A DNA stretch of 64,000 bases from the human T2T-CHM13v2.0 reference genome, Homo sapiens. The translations under genes and the position numbers were made by a program. The stretch lies in NCBI RefSeq assembly GCF_009914755.1, contig NC_060933.1; one strand, 5' to 3'. Below are positions 22,200 to 39,232 of the stretch, piece after piece. The notes under the pieces are model-generated. The model made no database searches, was not told where the DNA came from, and was given only the letters and a program-made list of their open reading frames with translations. How positions within the stretch are numbered: position 1 is the stretch's first letter; each line of letters starts with the position of its first letter.

Positions 22200-22960
22200 T
22201 TTGTTAAACTCAACATATCCAAAACTGCTGTAAGCAACTCTTTCTCACCTTTTTCCCCATTTAGGTTAGTTGTACTACCATCTTCTCAGATGCCCAAGCC
22301 AGAAGCCTGGGAATCATACTTGATTCCTCCCTGTTTAACCCTCACCAAGCCAATCACTCTGGCTCTTAAATGTCACAAATAATAATTCACTACTTTCCAT
22401 CCCAATTACCACCGCTCTACTCAAGGCAGCTTTCATCTTTCACCCAGATTATCCTGACAACTTTCTAACTGGTTTTATTGCCTCCAATCTTACTTCTCTT
22501 TTATTCTCCAGACTGGAAATATTTTTCAAAATTGCAAACGGATTATTTCATCTCCCTGGTTAAAATTCTTTAGTAATTGTCCTTAGGAGAAAGTCCAAAC
22601 TCTTTAACATGGATCTTATAAGGTGCTTCGTAAGCTGCCTCATCTTTGTGCTACTTTTTCACTTCATTCTCTGCCTCGGCCATACCACTCCCTCAGTTCT
22701 TTATGCTACCATATTCATCCTCAGTTTGAAACTTTTTACTGGTAATGCTTTGACATTTGCAGTTTCTGTATTTTGACCAGGTAACTCCTACTATTCTTTA
22801 TAATACAACTTAAATATTACTTGTTTAGGGAAACTTTCTCTGTAACCCTAACCTAGATTAGTTGCCCTTGCTGTGTGCTCCTATAGCATCTTTTATTTTT
22901 CCTATGATAGCAGTTAGTACCTTTTAATTTTAATTAATTGTTCAATCTTTAGAGTATAAA
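22200..22960 (+). mobile_element. L2 fragments
   Basis: aaactcaacatatccaaaactg, ccaagccagaagcctgggaatcat, gtccaaactcttta. Confidence 0.6.
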
Positions 22961-23318
22961 CTCTGTGAGTGAAGTTACTCTGCTGTCTTGCTGGTGATCT
23001 TTCAAAGATGGAATGGACTTTCTTGGGAACTTATGTTTCTCAGCACCCATAGTGTTCATGTATAGGTTGAATAGCCCCAGGTTGGGAATGGAAAGCCTTT
23101 AAGTCCTTTCCAATCATATTGTTTGTTCCACATATTCAAGTTTCATGCATATGTCTACTTGAAAAATCTCTATAAGTCATTGTAAAAGAATTTCACCTAA
23201 TCGAACACGTCGAATAGTCAATGACTAATGGCATAGAGAGAACCAAAGAGAGATTTTTAATTTAGAGCCCTGTATGTGCAATTTTTGAAATTCATGTTGT
23301 ATTTTATATCTCTCATAG

Positions 23319-23372
23319 GTGAAATGAACCAGAAATACAAGGAGCTAAAGAAAAGGGAGGAACATATGGACA
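23319..23372 (+). CDS. IFT74: IFT74 exon (probably 14), (G)EMNQKYKELKKREEHMD(T)
   Basis: tctcatag|GTGAAATG ... GGACA|gtaagt. 54 nt, phase 1-1. Confidence 0.95.
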
Positions 23373-23643
23373 GTAAGTGATATTCTTGTAGATATAAAAA
23401 TATAATATTTTCAGATTGCTGTTCATTTATACCAAATCAGAGACCTCATTTTGGGCAGATATAATGGCTAATAAATGCAGAAGTGTGGACATTCAAAGCA
23501 TTTTGCCTTGAAGAATAGTTTCTAGCATAATTTAGAGATGGGTAGAAAATTCTAAAAAGATATGTGATGAGTGTCTATACGTTGGGGCTAGATTCTAAAG
23601 CTAGTACTTACATTCGTAGTCTGTACAGAGGAAACCTATAGAC

Positions 23644-23959
23644 CAGGGGTCCCCAATCCCCAGGCTGCAGACCGGTAGGAACCAGGCCGCACACCAGGAG
23701 GTGAGCCACTGGCAAGCGAGCATTACCGTCTGAGCTCTGCCTCCTGTTAGATCAGCAGCAGCATTAGATTCTCATATGAGTGTGAACCCTATCGCGTATG
23801 AGGGATCTAGGTTGTACTCTTGTTATGAGAATCTAACCCCTGATGATCTCAGGTAGAACAGTTTCATCCCAAAACCATCACCCGCATCTGCCCCCAGCCC
23901 TGGTCCATAGAAAAATTGTCTTCCATGGTCCCTGGTGCCAAAATGGTTGGGGACTGCTG
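23644..23959. mobile_element. MER1B-like hAT element
   Basis: TIRs caggggtccccaatc / ggttggggactgctg; 8-bp TSD ctatagac/ctatagat. Confidence 0.9.
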
Positions 23960-25469
23960 CTATAGATCATTTATTGATTGAATGTTCTCTTTTACATGCT
24001 TCACTATATTCACCTTTAGTATCTTTCACTTTTATATTTAGCTTTCCATAATACTTATCTCATTGTTTATTAGCCCTCACATCAGATATTGTCACTTTTT
24101 TCTATCACCAGCTATAATTTTAGTTGCCTTTTGTTAGTTTTGATTCACTTAAAAAAAATCTCAGCCTGATTTTATAAATTGGTTTTCACTTAAACCTATA
24201 CATTTATAATTTTTTTAAAAAATTGGCATGTATTCTCAATTACTGGTTTCCTTTTAAGTTATCATTTTGCTGGAATCTGAATTCTAGCGAAGTGCTAGAA
24301 TTTCATCTAGGTCTGATGTCAATAGTTACCTTCATGGAGGCATGCAATAAAAGAGTAATTGTCACCTCTTATTTTACAATGTACCAAGTTTTCTTTAAAA
24401 TGTCAGTAAATACCAAAAATTATCTCAAAAATATTTTTTTAAGTCTTTTGGTAAAGGAGAAAGGTGTAAAATCAAGGAACAATGTGTCATGACACCACAG
24501 TATTGGAAATTACTAGATACTACCTAGTGTGGTATCTGGCACTTAGGTGTCAATAAGTGTTCATTTAATGAATGTTTACTGAATGAATGGAAAGAATTCC
24601 TATACTACAGAATCTTAAAATAGAAGGTCACCTAGCTCAGATTTCTTTCCACATATTAATTATGGTTTGTTTTCCTTAAAAAATAACCCCTGAAAGACAA
24701 TGTTCATTTATGCCTTTGTATATGTAAAAATCTCATATGTCCACTTAATGTGTGATCAACAGATTATAGAAGCAGGATATTCACACATAAGACCTGTGTG
24801 AATGCTGAAGCAGGACATTAAAGAAAATTCAGTTTTATAAAAAATGTTGATTGTGGTCCTCTACCACCATATTCAAATAAAAAATGTTTTGTTGAAGACT
24901 GTTTTACTTTAAAAAATATGCTAAATATAAGAAAAAAGTATAATGGGAATCCATTACAGAAGGCAAGCTATTGATGTTATTCATGCTAACAGTAAAATTA
25001 TTTTTGACTGAAAGTTTCTATTTTTTAGATGCTCCATAGAAATACTCGAAAATGTAAATAAGAGCTGTTTCTATATTAAACAAGTAAAAAGATAATTTCC
25101 TAGAATATTTATTTACAATCTGAATACATTATTAAATTCATTTAGTTGAAATGAATCCAGCATTGTAAATAAAATACTTATTTTCAGATAAAATGGGTAT
25201 TCAGCATTGGAAATTATAGAAATAAAGTTAGTAGTCAGGGTGTTAATAATTATTGATGTATCAAAGGAGATCTTTATAAAAGCAAATTTCTTCTGATTGT
25301 CATTTTATCAGCTATTTCTTTTGAGCTTATATTTATAACTTTCTGATTTACTTATATCAAGGTCACAGGATTTAGGCAGTTTGAAAGTATATAAAGTTCT
25401 TATTGAATAATAATTACCTTTGGGTTAATAACAAATTAAACAGTGGCAGCTTAAAATTTCTAAAAATTG

Positions 25470-25760
25470 GGCCAGGTGCCGTGGCTCAAGCTTATAATCC
25501 CAGCACTTTGGGAGGCCGAGGCGGGTGGATCACGTGGTTAAGAGATCGAGACCATCCTGGCCAACATGGTGAAACCCTGTCTCTGGTAAAAATACAAAAA
25601 TTAGCTGGGCGTGATGGTGCATGCCTGTAGTCCCAGCTACTCAGGAGGCTGAGGCAGGAGAATCCCTTGAACCCAGAGGTGGAGGTTGCAGTGAGCCGAG
25701 ATCGTGCCACTGCACTCCAGCCTGGCAACAGAGTGAGACTCTGTCTCAAAAAAAGAAAAT
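25470..25760 (+). mobile_element. Alu (AluS), about 90 nt upstream of an exon
   Basis: Dimeric Alu. Confidence 0.95.
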
Positions 25761-25765
25761 TCTAA

Positions 25766-25996
<231 letters not shown>

Positions 25997-26682
25997 TAAC
26001 TTTCCAAATACAACTCAAAAAATAGAACGGCTCACTATTGTATCTTCTCATTTAACTGCTTCCTTTCAATTCCCTTACTTGTTACTATTTATTTCAGCTA
26101 TTAACTTTTTTATCACTCTAGCAAAATGTCAGGTAATTAGGGCAATAGAGAAAAAGGATGACATGTATAATATCAATATTCAGCAGTAAATGAAGCACTA
26201 ATTCAGAGTAATTATTATGATCTTCTTCCATTGTTAATCTATCTGAACTTTTGAAAGTAACATTTGCACAGATAATTTCAAAATCTAGACATGTTAGAAA
26301 ATGTTAATGTATTTTTATACTGTAAATTTATTGTAAATAAAAAGATTCTTGTATGTATATGTAATGAGTATCTCAAATTATCAAAAAATGTTTATTGGGC
26401 ATCTATTATGAAATGCATGCCCCCCTTTCAATATTCTAGTGTTTTAAGACTCCAACCAGTTTCTAAAATAGTGTAGTTGAATTTTTTCTGCAGTGAAATA
26501 AAGGAAATGAAAAAAAACCCACAATTTTGAATTTATAGTCTGTCTTTATTGAGAAAACCCAATTTGGAATCTCATTTTCTATACAATATATAACTTGAAT
26601 GGTGTATTTCAAAAAAAATACCTGATCCAAACATCTCATCCTTTGACAGTGTTTTCCAAGAGTTTTATTGAGAACTAACTAA

Positions 26683-26865
<183 letters not shown>

Positions 26866-27082
26866 TAGATTTTAATATTCTTTTTTTTTAAAATATATCA
26901 ATGTTATTCTCTGATTATTTTAAAGCCTCATTGACAGAGGCTATAATTTATGATTGCCTATTGCCCCAGAATTATGTGTGGCTTTTTTCATCAGCTGGCT
27001 AGTATTATGTTGTATATTGTCACTGATTTAACAACATTTATTGAATACTTATTTCAAGCCTGTGCTATATAATTCTGGATAT

Positions 27083-28193
27083 TGTTAAAGATAAACAAAG
27101 CTGGATGCATGTTAAAGTGCTAAGGATAGATTTTAGTCAGTAATACAGCGTGGCAGTAAGGCAGGAGGGTCCAGCATGAATTGAAATCAACTTTGATTTG
27201 TACAGAGGTGATTGAGTGTTTTAAAGGGAGAATGAGGGAGTAGTAAGGGAAATGAAAAATTACAGGGTTCATCAATGTACATGCTGGTTAGGCCAGCTGT
27301 GTCTGTTAGCTGGCAATTATCAAGTTAGGAGTCTATGTTTATACACAGACTAGCAGACAGAGGCCCTAACTTTCCTGATAATCACGTTTTAATGGAATGG
27401 CTTTTAGGTCCTTGAGGAAAATACTCCTGAGTTGTGGGAGGTACATACAGATATGGTTTGGATTTTTTGTCCCCTCCAAATTTTATGTTGAAATGTGACC
27501 TCTAGTGTGGGAGGTGGGCCTAGTGGGAAATGTTTGGGTCATGGGGGCGGATCTCTCGTGAATGGCTCAGTGTCATCCTTGCAGTAATTAGTATGTTCTC
27601 TGTGAGTTCACGCAAGATCTGGTTGTTTAAAAGAGCCTGGTACCTCCTCCTTCTCTCTCTTGCCTTGTAACATGCAGGCTCCCCTTTGCCTTCTGTCATG
27701 ATTGTAAGCTTCCTGAGGCCCTCACCAGAAGCAGTTGCTGGCACCATGTTTCATGTACAGCCTGTAGAACCATTAGCCAAATAAACTTATTTTTTAAAAA
27801 TAAATTACCCAGTCTCAGGTATGCCTTTATAGCAATGCAAATAGACTAGTACACATATACATCTTAAAGGTACAGAGGAAAGATTCACAACTGGATACCC
27901 TAAGAAAGGGTAGTCAGGGGCCTGTTGACCAGTACGGGCTAGAATAAATAGTACATTCTTTCGGCGGCCTTGAGCTTTGTCTGGCAGGCACTTTAAGTGG
28001 GGATAGGGTCATCCCAGGGATGCAGACTTGAGCTGTTAGAAACTGTTTGTTTAAATCTTCTAATGTGGGTAGAAGGTGGTGCATGAAATCATTTGTGCTG
28101 AGAGTGGAATTTTTATAGGCAGAGGTTGAGGCCTAGTTGAGAAGAGAGCTCAGAGGAGCCTAGCTAGTTTGGTCAAGGATTGAATCTTTGTCA
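27083..28193 (-). mobile_element. ERV1 solo LTR (MER67/MER31-like)
   Basis: Reverse complement begins TGACAAAGATTC...TTGACCAAACTAGCTAGGCTCCTCTGAGC; TG...CA ends. Confidence 0.75.
27449..27853 (+). mobile_element. MST (MaLR) solo LTR nested in the ERV1 LTR
   Basis: gatatggtttgg...gactagtaca; TSD catac/catat. Confidence 0.88.
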
Positions 28194-28411
28194 GTATAAG
28201 AGGCTTAAAAAAATCTAATCTGTTTCCTCAAGAAACTTTCAACTTGGTGGAGTGACAGTTATGATACAATGAAATAATGCTATGATAGAAGTAAGCATAA
28301 GGAGCAACGGAAGTACATAGGGCACATATCCAGCCTAGTCTTGGATAGTTAAGAAGAGATGATGTTTCACTTTAATTAGTTTCAGTCATGCTTGCTATCA
28401 TGAGACTAGAG

Positions 28412-29003
<592 letters not shown>

Positions 29004-29245
29004 GTGGAGATTAGATACAAATAAACAAAGTTGAGGTTAAAGAGACTAGGATAAGGTCATGTAAAAATTTGTATGGGATCTTTGGTTTATGAACTAATGG
29101 CTTCTGTGGGTGTTCTTTATGCTGGTGTGTTGCAGCTTTGAATTAGCTATGTTTTTGTCTACCTGGAATTAATACAGTTAGTGAGATAGTGAGAAATGAA
29201 GACCTAATTAATATTTGCTAACTTAAGAATGTTGAAAGATTTTTG

Positions 29246-29476
29246 GGTGGGAATTGAACAATGAGAACACTTGGACACAGGAAGGGGGACATCACACACC
29301 GGGGCCTGTTTTGGGGTGGGGGGAGGGAGGAGGGATAGCATTAGGAGGTATACCTAATGTAAATGACGAGTTAATGGGTGCAGCACACCAGCATGGCACA
29401 TGTATACATATGTAACAAACCTGCACGTTGTGCACATGTACCCTAGAACTTAAAGTATAATAATATATATATATAA
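29246..29476 (+). mobile_element. 5'-truncated young L1PA (L1PA3/4-like) 3' end
   Basis: gggaattgaacaatgagaacacttggacacagg...ccctagaacttaaagtataat; TSD aaagatttttg. Confidence 0.93.
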
Positions 29477-29496
29477 AAGATTTTTGAAATGAAATA

Positions 29497-29797
29497 ATGA
29501 TCCATAATACCTTTATCTGGATTCCCAAAATCTAAAAAGATATTGGCAGCAAAACCTGACCTGACCTGAACTGACGTGAGGCTATTTATAGTTTTTAATT
29601 ATCCTACCTAGTGTGACTATTTATGCTTTTTGCTATAGAAATATTCGTGTACTTGATGACAAGGTATTCCCTCAGACTTTGCCATGGGAGTTATGTAATC
29701 ATAAGTATATGTGCTGTATTACTTTTCTAAAATCCAAAGAATTCTGCATTCTGAAATAGAACTGCCCAAGGGTTTTAGATAAGGGATTATGGACCTA
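29497..29797. mobile_element. Old TIR DNA transposon, family not determined
   Basis: Inverted ends gatccataatacctttatct / agataagggattatggacc. Confidence 0.65.
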
Positions 29798-29989
29798 TAA
29801 ATGCATACTGAATGCTATTAATTGCATTAGTAGTGGTGATATAGGTATATAATTGCTATATTTAAGCCTATTTTATATCCAGATTTGTTGAGAGTTTGTT
29901 TGCCGTAGTTTTTTTTTGTATGTCTATATGCCAAGTAACTGGAGGAGTTACATTCTTGATATATAACTACTGTTGGTTTGACTGTGAGT

Positions 29990-30500
29990 ATATTTTTATT
30001 GTGGTAAAAAAACACATAACAAAATTTATCATCTTAACCATTTTGAAGTATACAGTACAGTAGTGTTAACTATATGCACATTGTTGTGCCACGAATCTCT
30101 AGAACTTTTTCATCTTGCAGAACAAAAACACTTTACCTCCTGAATAACAACTCCATATTTCCCTATCCCCTGACCCCTGGAGACCACCGTTCTACTTCTG
30201 TTTCTATGAGTCTGACTACTTTAAATTACCTCATATAAATGAAGTCATACAGTATTTGTCCTTTTGGGACTGACTTAGTTCACTTAGCGTAATGTCCTTA
30301 AGGTTCATCCATGTTGTAGCAAAGAAGGATTTTCTTTTTTAAGGTTGAAACATTCTATTGCATGTATATATCATATTTTAAAGTCTATCTGTAGACAGAC
30401 AGATTGCTTCCACCTTTTAGCTATTGTGAATAATGCTGCAGTGAACATGGGTGTGTAAGTATTTCTTCAGGATCCTATTTTCATTTCTTTTGGACATATA
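29990..30500 (-). mobile_element. L1MB-like 3' end
   Basis: Antisense L1M 3'UTR phrases. Confidence 0.75.
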
Positions 30501-30779
30501 TGAATATTTAAGAATATTTTCTCTTTTCTATAAACTAAATAATTTTATAGTTTTATTTCATTTAGAAAACCTCTGTTTCGTATTTTAGACCTTCATGCCT
30601 AAGTTTTTCATTTATCTAAAGTCAATGTAAATTCAACAAGTTTTTCCCCCTTTAAGCTATCTTTCTGTAACAGCTGTCAAGAAATGTACATTTTTTAAAA
30701 GGCAAAAATCAATACCAGGAAACAAATTCAATAATCAAGACTTTGTATTCATTCCGTACTTTATACTTTGTGTTTATAA

Positions 30780-31107
<328 letters not shown>

Positions 31108-31434
31108 GTAGTCATTATGTGTTCTCCTGAGATGTACAGTTTGAAAAAAAATTGAAAACTGGCTTCAATGGAGATAAAAATCCAGTTTAATAGTATGATA
31201 AGGATTTTGCTGGAAATTTTTCTTTGTAAGGGTTAAATTCTTTGATGCTTATAATTAATTTCATTTACTACATTGTTTTCATTTTAACTTCAACCAACCA
31301 TATAATTTATTCTTTCTTTCCTTCCCTAACACCATCCCCCACCTCAAGAAATTTTTTTGTATCTTCAAAACACCATGAGAGGTTTATAATATTCTTGTTC
31401 GCCTTTCAGATAGAATGGATTTAGTGTACTCCAT

Positions 31435-31739
31435 GTTGTTGTTGTTGTTGTTGTTGTTTGAGACGGAGTCTCACTGTCGCCCAGGCTGGAGTGCAGTGGC
31501 GCGATTTTGGCTCACTGCAGGCTCCGCCCCCAGGGGTTCACGCCATTCTCCTGCCTCAGCCTCCCGAGTAGCTGGGACTACAGGCACCCACCACCTCGCC
31601 CGGCTAATTTTTTGTATTTTTAGTAGAGACGGGGTTTCACCGTGTTAGCCAGGATGGCCTCGATCTCCTGACCTCGTGATCCGCCCGCCTCGGCCTCCCA
31701 AAATGCTGGGATTACAGGCGTGAGCCACCGCGCCTGGCC
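31435..31739 (-). mobile_element. AluY-type element with (GTT)n tail
   Basis: Antisense, CpG-rich; a 25-nt T run follows its 5' end. Confidence 0.95.
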
Positions 31740-33148
31740 TTTTTTTTTTTTTTTTTTTTTTTTTAATGGAGCAATCACTTCTTGGGGGAAGGGTGAAGAA
31801 AACTTAGATATTATAATGGCCCTCCAGAGGTCACCATACCTAAATGGCTACACACCACATGGGTGATGTAAAAATTTCAGGGGAGGGAGGTGATTGGGGA
31901 AAAAGAGTCTGTAATCGACTTCTTAGGGAATCAATAATGTAAGAAAAAGGTTGAGAAACACTGGTGTACTGCATGGGCAAAGAGGCAAGGGATTTATGAG
32001 CAATATTTTTTATTTATATTTTTGGAAAGGAAACTCCAGAGAGTAAACAAATGTGCTGATGACAGACTATCTTAGAAACACTTCCCCGGGTCAAAGTGGT
32101 TCCTTCTGAGATTTTGCTCCTATGTACACACTGCTTGGTAAACTTTGCAACTTCACGGCATATCAGAAGGAACTAGACTGCATCCTCTTCCTGTCTCTTC
32201 CCTTGGAGTAGCATTTAGCTTTTCATTGCGGACCTGTTGTTAAAGGAAGATAAACTTTACCCTATACCAGCCATTTTCTCCTTTTATCAAGAAAAATCAA
32301 TTTGTATGGTTCTTAAATGTATTTCCCTAGTATATATTCAAATTAAACTTGCAGTTAGATTTATATCAGTGTTTACTCCAAATAGTCAAAATATCTACAG
32401 GCTAAAAACAGTTCCTATTTCGAGCATTAAAATAGCATAAGCCTTAGTCACTTGTTCAGCTCTTTGATTCTCATAACTATTTCTAACCGTGGTAGAGATA
32501 AGAATCCAACAAAACAAAACTCTTTGCAACAACATTTAAGTTTTGCTATATACATATTTGTATTTATGTGTACATACACATATATATTTTTAAATAGTGT
32601 ATGTCGCTGTGGTTGACTTTTAAAACTCTTAAAGGGATAAAAGGAAACATTCAAGAAATACTGGCTTAATTATACTAACTTTAAAAATTTTGGTTGGATA
32701 ACAGCCTGTTTTCTCAAATCAGTGACTTTCGAAGCATTGTTTTTTACTCTTCAAATTCATTCATATTCATTTACTATTCAGTATGCTGAACTTGTTACTG
32801 GCTCAAAGGTACTAGACTTTCTTACCTCTAGACTTTGCACATGCTGATTGTTTTTGCTGGAACACTTTTACCTTCCTCTTTGTGTGATATTCATAAACCT
32901 TAAGCCTTTAATTGAAAGGCATATCTTTAGAGAGCTCTCTTCATCCCTGCTACATGCTTTTATGGCACCCTGTGCTACTCTTTTCATATTTATCCAGTTT
33001 ATTGTAAATACTTATTTAATTGCCTGCTTCTACCTCTAAAATACAGCTCCCTGAGTGAAAACCATGTCTCTGTTGATTGCTATTATATCCTCAGCACCTG
33101 GCACATAGTAGATGCTTGATATTTTTGAATGGAAGAATGAGACACACA

Positions 33149-33777
33149 CAGGTATCCTCATTATTCATATATTTCATATTGTGAATTTGCCCTCTCACTA
33201 AAGTTACTTTGTACCCCCCAAATCAATCCTTGCAGCATTTTCATGATCATTTGTGGGCATGTGCAGACTCGTGAAAAATTTCAACAGCCTGACATGCACA
33301 TTGCCAACAGAAGTTGAAAAAGGCAACACTCTGCCTTCTTATGTCAGTTCTCATACTATAAAGAGGTTTCCTTTTTGCAGTATATTTAGTGGCATGTTTT
33401 TTGCATTTTTGTGCTTTCTGTTGGTGATCATGCCATTTAAAATGGCCCCAAGCAAAGTGCTGATGTGCTAAGTGTTCCTAAGGCACATCATAGCCTTATG
33501 GAGAAAATGTGTGATAGGTAAACTTAATTCAGGCATAAGTTACAGTGCTGTTGGCTGTGAGTTCAATGTTAGTGAATCTACAACCTATAGTAAATAAAAT
33601 GTCTTTAAACAAACATAAAGCAAGATTATGTATTGGCTAATTGACTAAAATGTGACTAAAGGCTCACAGGAACTTAACTCTGTATTTCCTTTGGGAGCAA
33701 TAGTTCAATATTTGCTAACTCATTGTTCACAATAACTTCATAGGACATAACTACCACAGATAGTAAGAGTTGATTAT
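33149..33777. mobile_element. MER82-like Tigger-family element
   Basis: tcctcattattc...gtgaatttgcc...cccccaaatcaat...gaaaaaggcaacactctgcc...cataactaccacagata. Confidence 0.75.
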
Positions 33778-34154
33778 GTGTGCAATTATAAAATTGTGCT
33801 CAAATATATATATAATGTTTTATAACTTGGTTTTTTCCCTACATAACTGTGTCATGCTTCTGTTAAAAATAATGTGTCTTTATCTCATAATATAGATTAT
33901 ATTACTAAGCAAGAAAAAAACTTAAATGTTTGTTAGCATGGAGACAGCTGTGGCTAATAGACATCAGGTTACCTTGATTCCCTAATATATTGGTTACCTG
34001 AAATTGGTTATTGAGGGGATGAGTATTTTTTTTTCTTAGTTTATATTATCTCACTGGTTACAGTGAACATATATTTCTTTTACAGATATTCTTAAAAAAC
34101 ATGATTTTTAATAGTTGCATTACATTTCCTTATGTGAAAGGAATAAAATTTTGA

Positions 34155-34409
<255 letters not shown>

Positions 34410-34910
34410 TAATATATTTGTGGTTTATAGGATTTATTATTTTAAGTTGATTATTTTATATATATAAGTGAGAAAAAATAAAAATGTTTACATATGTAGT
34501 TGGAATTTAGAGTGACTTAAAGTTTTAAAGAAAAGCAAAAATTGAAAAGCAAGGTATAAGCTGCTACTTAATACAGAGCATTTCAGCAGATGTGAGCTTT
34601 GTTAAATGCAGTTTAGATTATGACTCTATCCTACCTGAAACTTGTCAGTGGCTTTCCATTGCCATTTACATTAATTTAGACTTAATTTGGTAGGGTCGGG
34701 AGAGATATGGCAGCATTAATAGAGTTATTAATACAGATAATGTTAACATAGCTTATAGTTCAAAGGATATTTTTACAAACGGGTTTTAGAGTAGTTATAG
34801 CCTTGATATAATTTTACCAGAATATAGTTATTGAAATTAAGTTAAATATGATTTATATTGGCTTACTACATATTTTCTATAACCTGTCACTTCTATTTGG
34901 ATCTTTCTAG

Positions 34911-35225
<315 letters not shown>

Positions 35226-35435
35226 TGAAAGCCAACTCTGTTAGATACTGTCTTGGGCACAACTGTTAAGATATATGGGGTAGTATATTTTAAAAATTTT
35301 GGAAGTGAAACATTACTAATACAGAAACTAAAAATCCATAAAATCACAAATAAAATAAATTCTAATGATTAGTACCCCACCACCCAGAAGAGAGAATGCT
35401 TATTGTTGCTTTAGTGTGGGTTCTTTTAGTCAATG

Positions 35436-35487
<52 letters not shown>
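35436..35487 (+). repeat. (GATA)13 microsatellite
   Basis: Perfect tetranucleotide run. Confidence 0.97.
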
Positions 35488-36156
35488 TGTGTATACACAT
35501 ATTTATGCATATACTTAGGTACACATTTATTTCTATGCATTTATAGAAATTGTGCCATATTGTACATATCATTTAGGAGCTTGTTTTTCATGATTAACTA
35601 TACATCATAAGTACTTTCCCTTGTCAATATATATATTGACTTTTAAAAAATATTAATAGCTTAATGATATTCTAGTGCATGGATGTCGCATAATATATTG
35701 AACCAATTCCCTTTCGTTGGATATTTAGGTAATTTCTAGTTTTAAAACCATTGAAATAATGCTATAAAGAGCAATCCAGGTATCCTTGAACTTCTTAATT
35801 CATATCTCCAATTATTTACATAGGATGCGTAGATATATATACCTGCAGCCCCCTTTTCATATCACTCATCTTGCTGATAATTACTTGAACAGTGTGTGAG
35901 GTCTAGATTGAGAGCTCTGACGGGACAGAGACAATGTCTGTCTCGTTTACTTTATTCCTTGCCCTGTGGTATTGGTTGGCACATAGTAGGTACTCAGCAA
36001 TTATTTGTTGAATGATTGAATGAAGCATTATGTGTCATGTACAAAGTCAATAACTACGGTCTGAAAAAAATTGATCATTCTTATATCTAATTAGTCTATA
36101 TTAGAAATTTGCACACATGGTTTAAAACCCTAAATGCATTAAAAATTCCCTCTTTT

Positions 36157-36473
<317 letters not shown>

Positions 36474-36674
36474 TTATGTGATCATGATAGAGCAAAATAA
36501 AAATGATGTCATTTGATTTTCCACTACATAGGTACAACCGTTGTTAACATTTTGGTGCCATATCCTTGTAGTATTTTCATCCTTTGCAATCATACATCCA
36601 TATTGTTTTTACAAAAAATAAAACCATGCTATTCATACAGTCTTTCAACATTTTCTTAACTTTTTTCAGCCTTC

Positions 36675-37284
<610 letters not shown>

Positions 37285-39171
37285 TAGCATTAGCTATTTC
37301 ATTGTATGGATGTACCATTTGAAAACAACATACACCTTACATTCTTTTTGAAAAGGGTAGAATCTCATGAAAGCTTGCTACAACTACTAAAAGCTTAGAA
37401 ATCACTAATTTACATAATTCAAATTTACCAGTTATTCTGTTCTACTTCATATGGAAACCTAGATATAGACTTATAATTGACACAATTTTCTTAGGTTGTT
37501 TAGAGTGAGGATGAGTGCTGGGGAAGAAACAAGACAAAGTTTGGGAGGTCATTGTCTTCAGCAATTCTTGGAAAAAAATACTGATACTTCTTATGGAATA
37601 TTAGCCCTCCTCATTCACTGAATAGATGATTTAAGGTGGAAAGCACTTGAAAAACACCATTTCTTAGAGCCAGTGAGTGGTTAACTTGTTTATCCCCACA
37701 TTAATTGCTAATTTTAACTCCATGTATTGATAACTGGAAATCATAACATAAGCCACAATTTCGAATCCTTCTCTGTGTTATTTGTCATCTTTTGTGAATC
37801 CCAACTGATTAAGTCAAATCCTGGTCTTCCTATCTTTCACAATTATCTTCTTGAAAACTGGCTTTTGGCATCTCTAAAGAATTTTATGTAACAGATTATT
37901 TAAACTAGTTAGGGAAAAACAGATTTTCAAAATGAATTTTTGCTTCATGATGTCCTTGGAGGTTTAAAGGAGTCAATAATATAGAGGTATAATGTAAAAG
38001 GAATTTGACCATCTGACACAGCATTGCTTTTATACCATTCCTGTAGCACTTAACAGGTCTGATGCATTATAAGAAGGCCACCTGTTTGTATGAAACAATG
38101 ACAAAAAAGTCTGGTACTTGACTTTGCTGAAGGTTATTAGAAATTTACTGCCAGAAACTGCTGACTGCTTCCTTAAGTCCATCTTAACTTCAAGGTCCTG
38201 TCTGGGGGAGATTGATGTGATTAGTAATACCAGCTCACAGCACATACAGTTCACATAATTAATTAGCTATGATTCATTCTAATATCTAGATTTATCTCTT
38301 TGGAGGAAACAATGAGATGGATCTACATCAAGCCTGAATTTACGCCCTGAAAATTATTTTAACATGAGGATAGAAACATTTCCACTGTTGCTTCAATTAT
38401 TGTATTTTTAAAAATAATCATTACTTCTTTGAAATGTCCAGGTGGAACATAATTTTAGCATTTCAATTTTCAAATGGTCCTTTGCTTTGGAAAAAACTAT
38501 GTGCATCTTAAAAAAGAAAGACCATAACCAGAGTTACAAGGTTAATTAAATCAGAAAAACAATATAATTCTATAACAGTAAAATTGTCTTCTGAGGAAGC
38601 AACCATCAATATAATATCCACATTAGCTTCCTGTTGATGCAGAAATTATTGTAACAGTGCCAGCTTTTTACCAGCTCTCTTATAATCTTCACACTGCAGC
38701 TCTGCTCTTATCACAGCTTGTGGAATTACACAGGAAATTTAGCCCTGGAAATAAGGAAGTTTCTCCTATATGGCTGAACCTTTGACAGTGTTTGAATATG
38801 TATTATATTTGTGGCATTAGACTTCCAGATTTTAAGAAGAGATTCCCATCATGTCCCATTTTTCTTTTAAAAGTTTTTTTAGGGAAAGGAAAATCATAAA
38901 TTGTCTTTCAGTTGGCATGTTCATTGGTATAATAAACATTTAAAATATAATTAAAATAAATATATAGAGTAAAACATGTTATAGGATTCATCACTGTATT
39001 AATATATTTACTATTATTTAATCTTTTTTTTTCTACCGTGGCTTTATCTCAATAAAATGTAAGTTGATAAGATTTAAAGTTGGAGAGATTTTTTTTGTCT
39101 TATCCTCTTAGAAAGGCATTTAATTGTTTTAAATATGGGTCCTAATTAATATTTTTCTTTTATGTTTTTAG

Positions 39172-39232
39172 CTTACAAATTTGGAGAGAAAGTGGCAACA
39201 CCTTGAGCAAAATAATTTTGCGATGAAAGAAT
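39172..39232 (+). CDS. IFT74: IFT74 penultimate exon (probably 19), LTNLERKWQHLEQNNFAMKE(F)
   Basis: gtttttag|CTTACA ... GAAT|gtatccttt. 61 nt. Confidence 0.95.
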
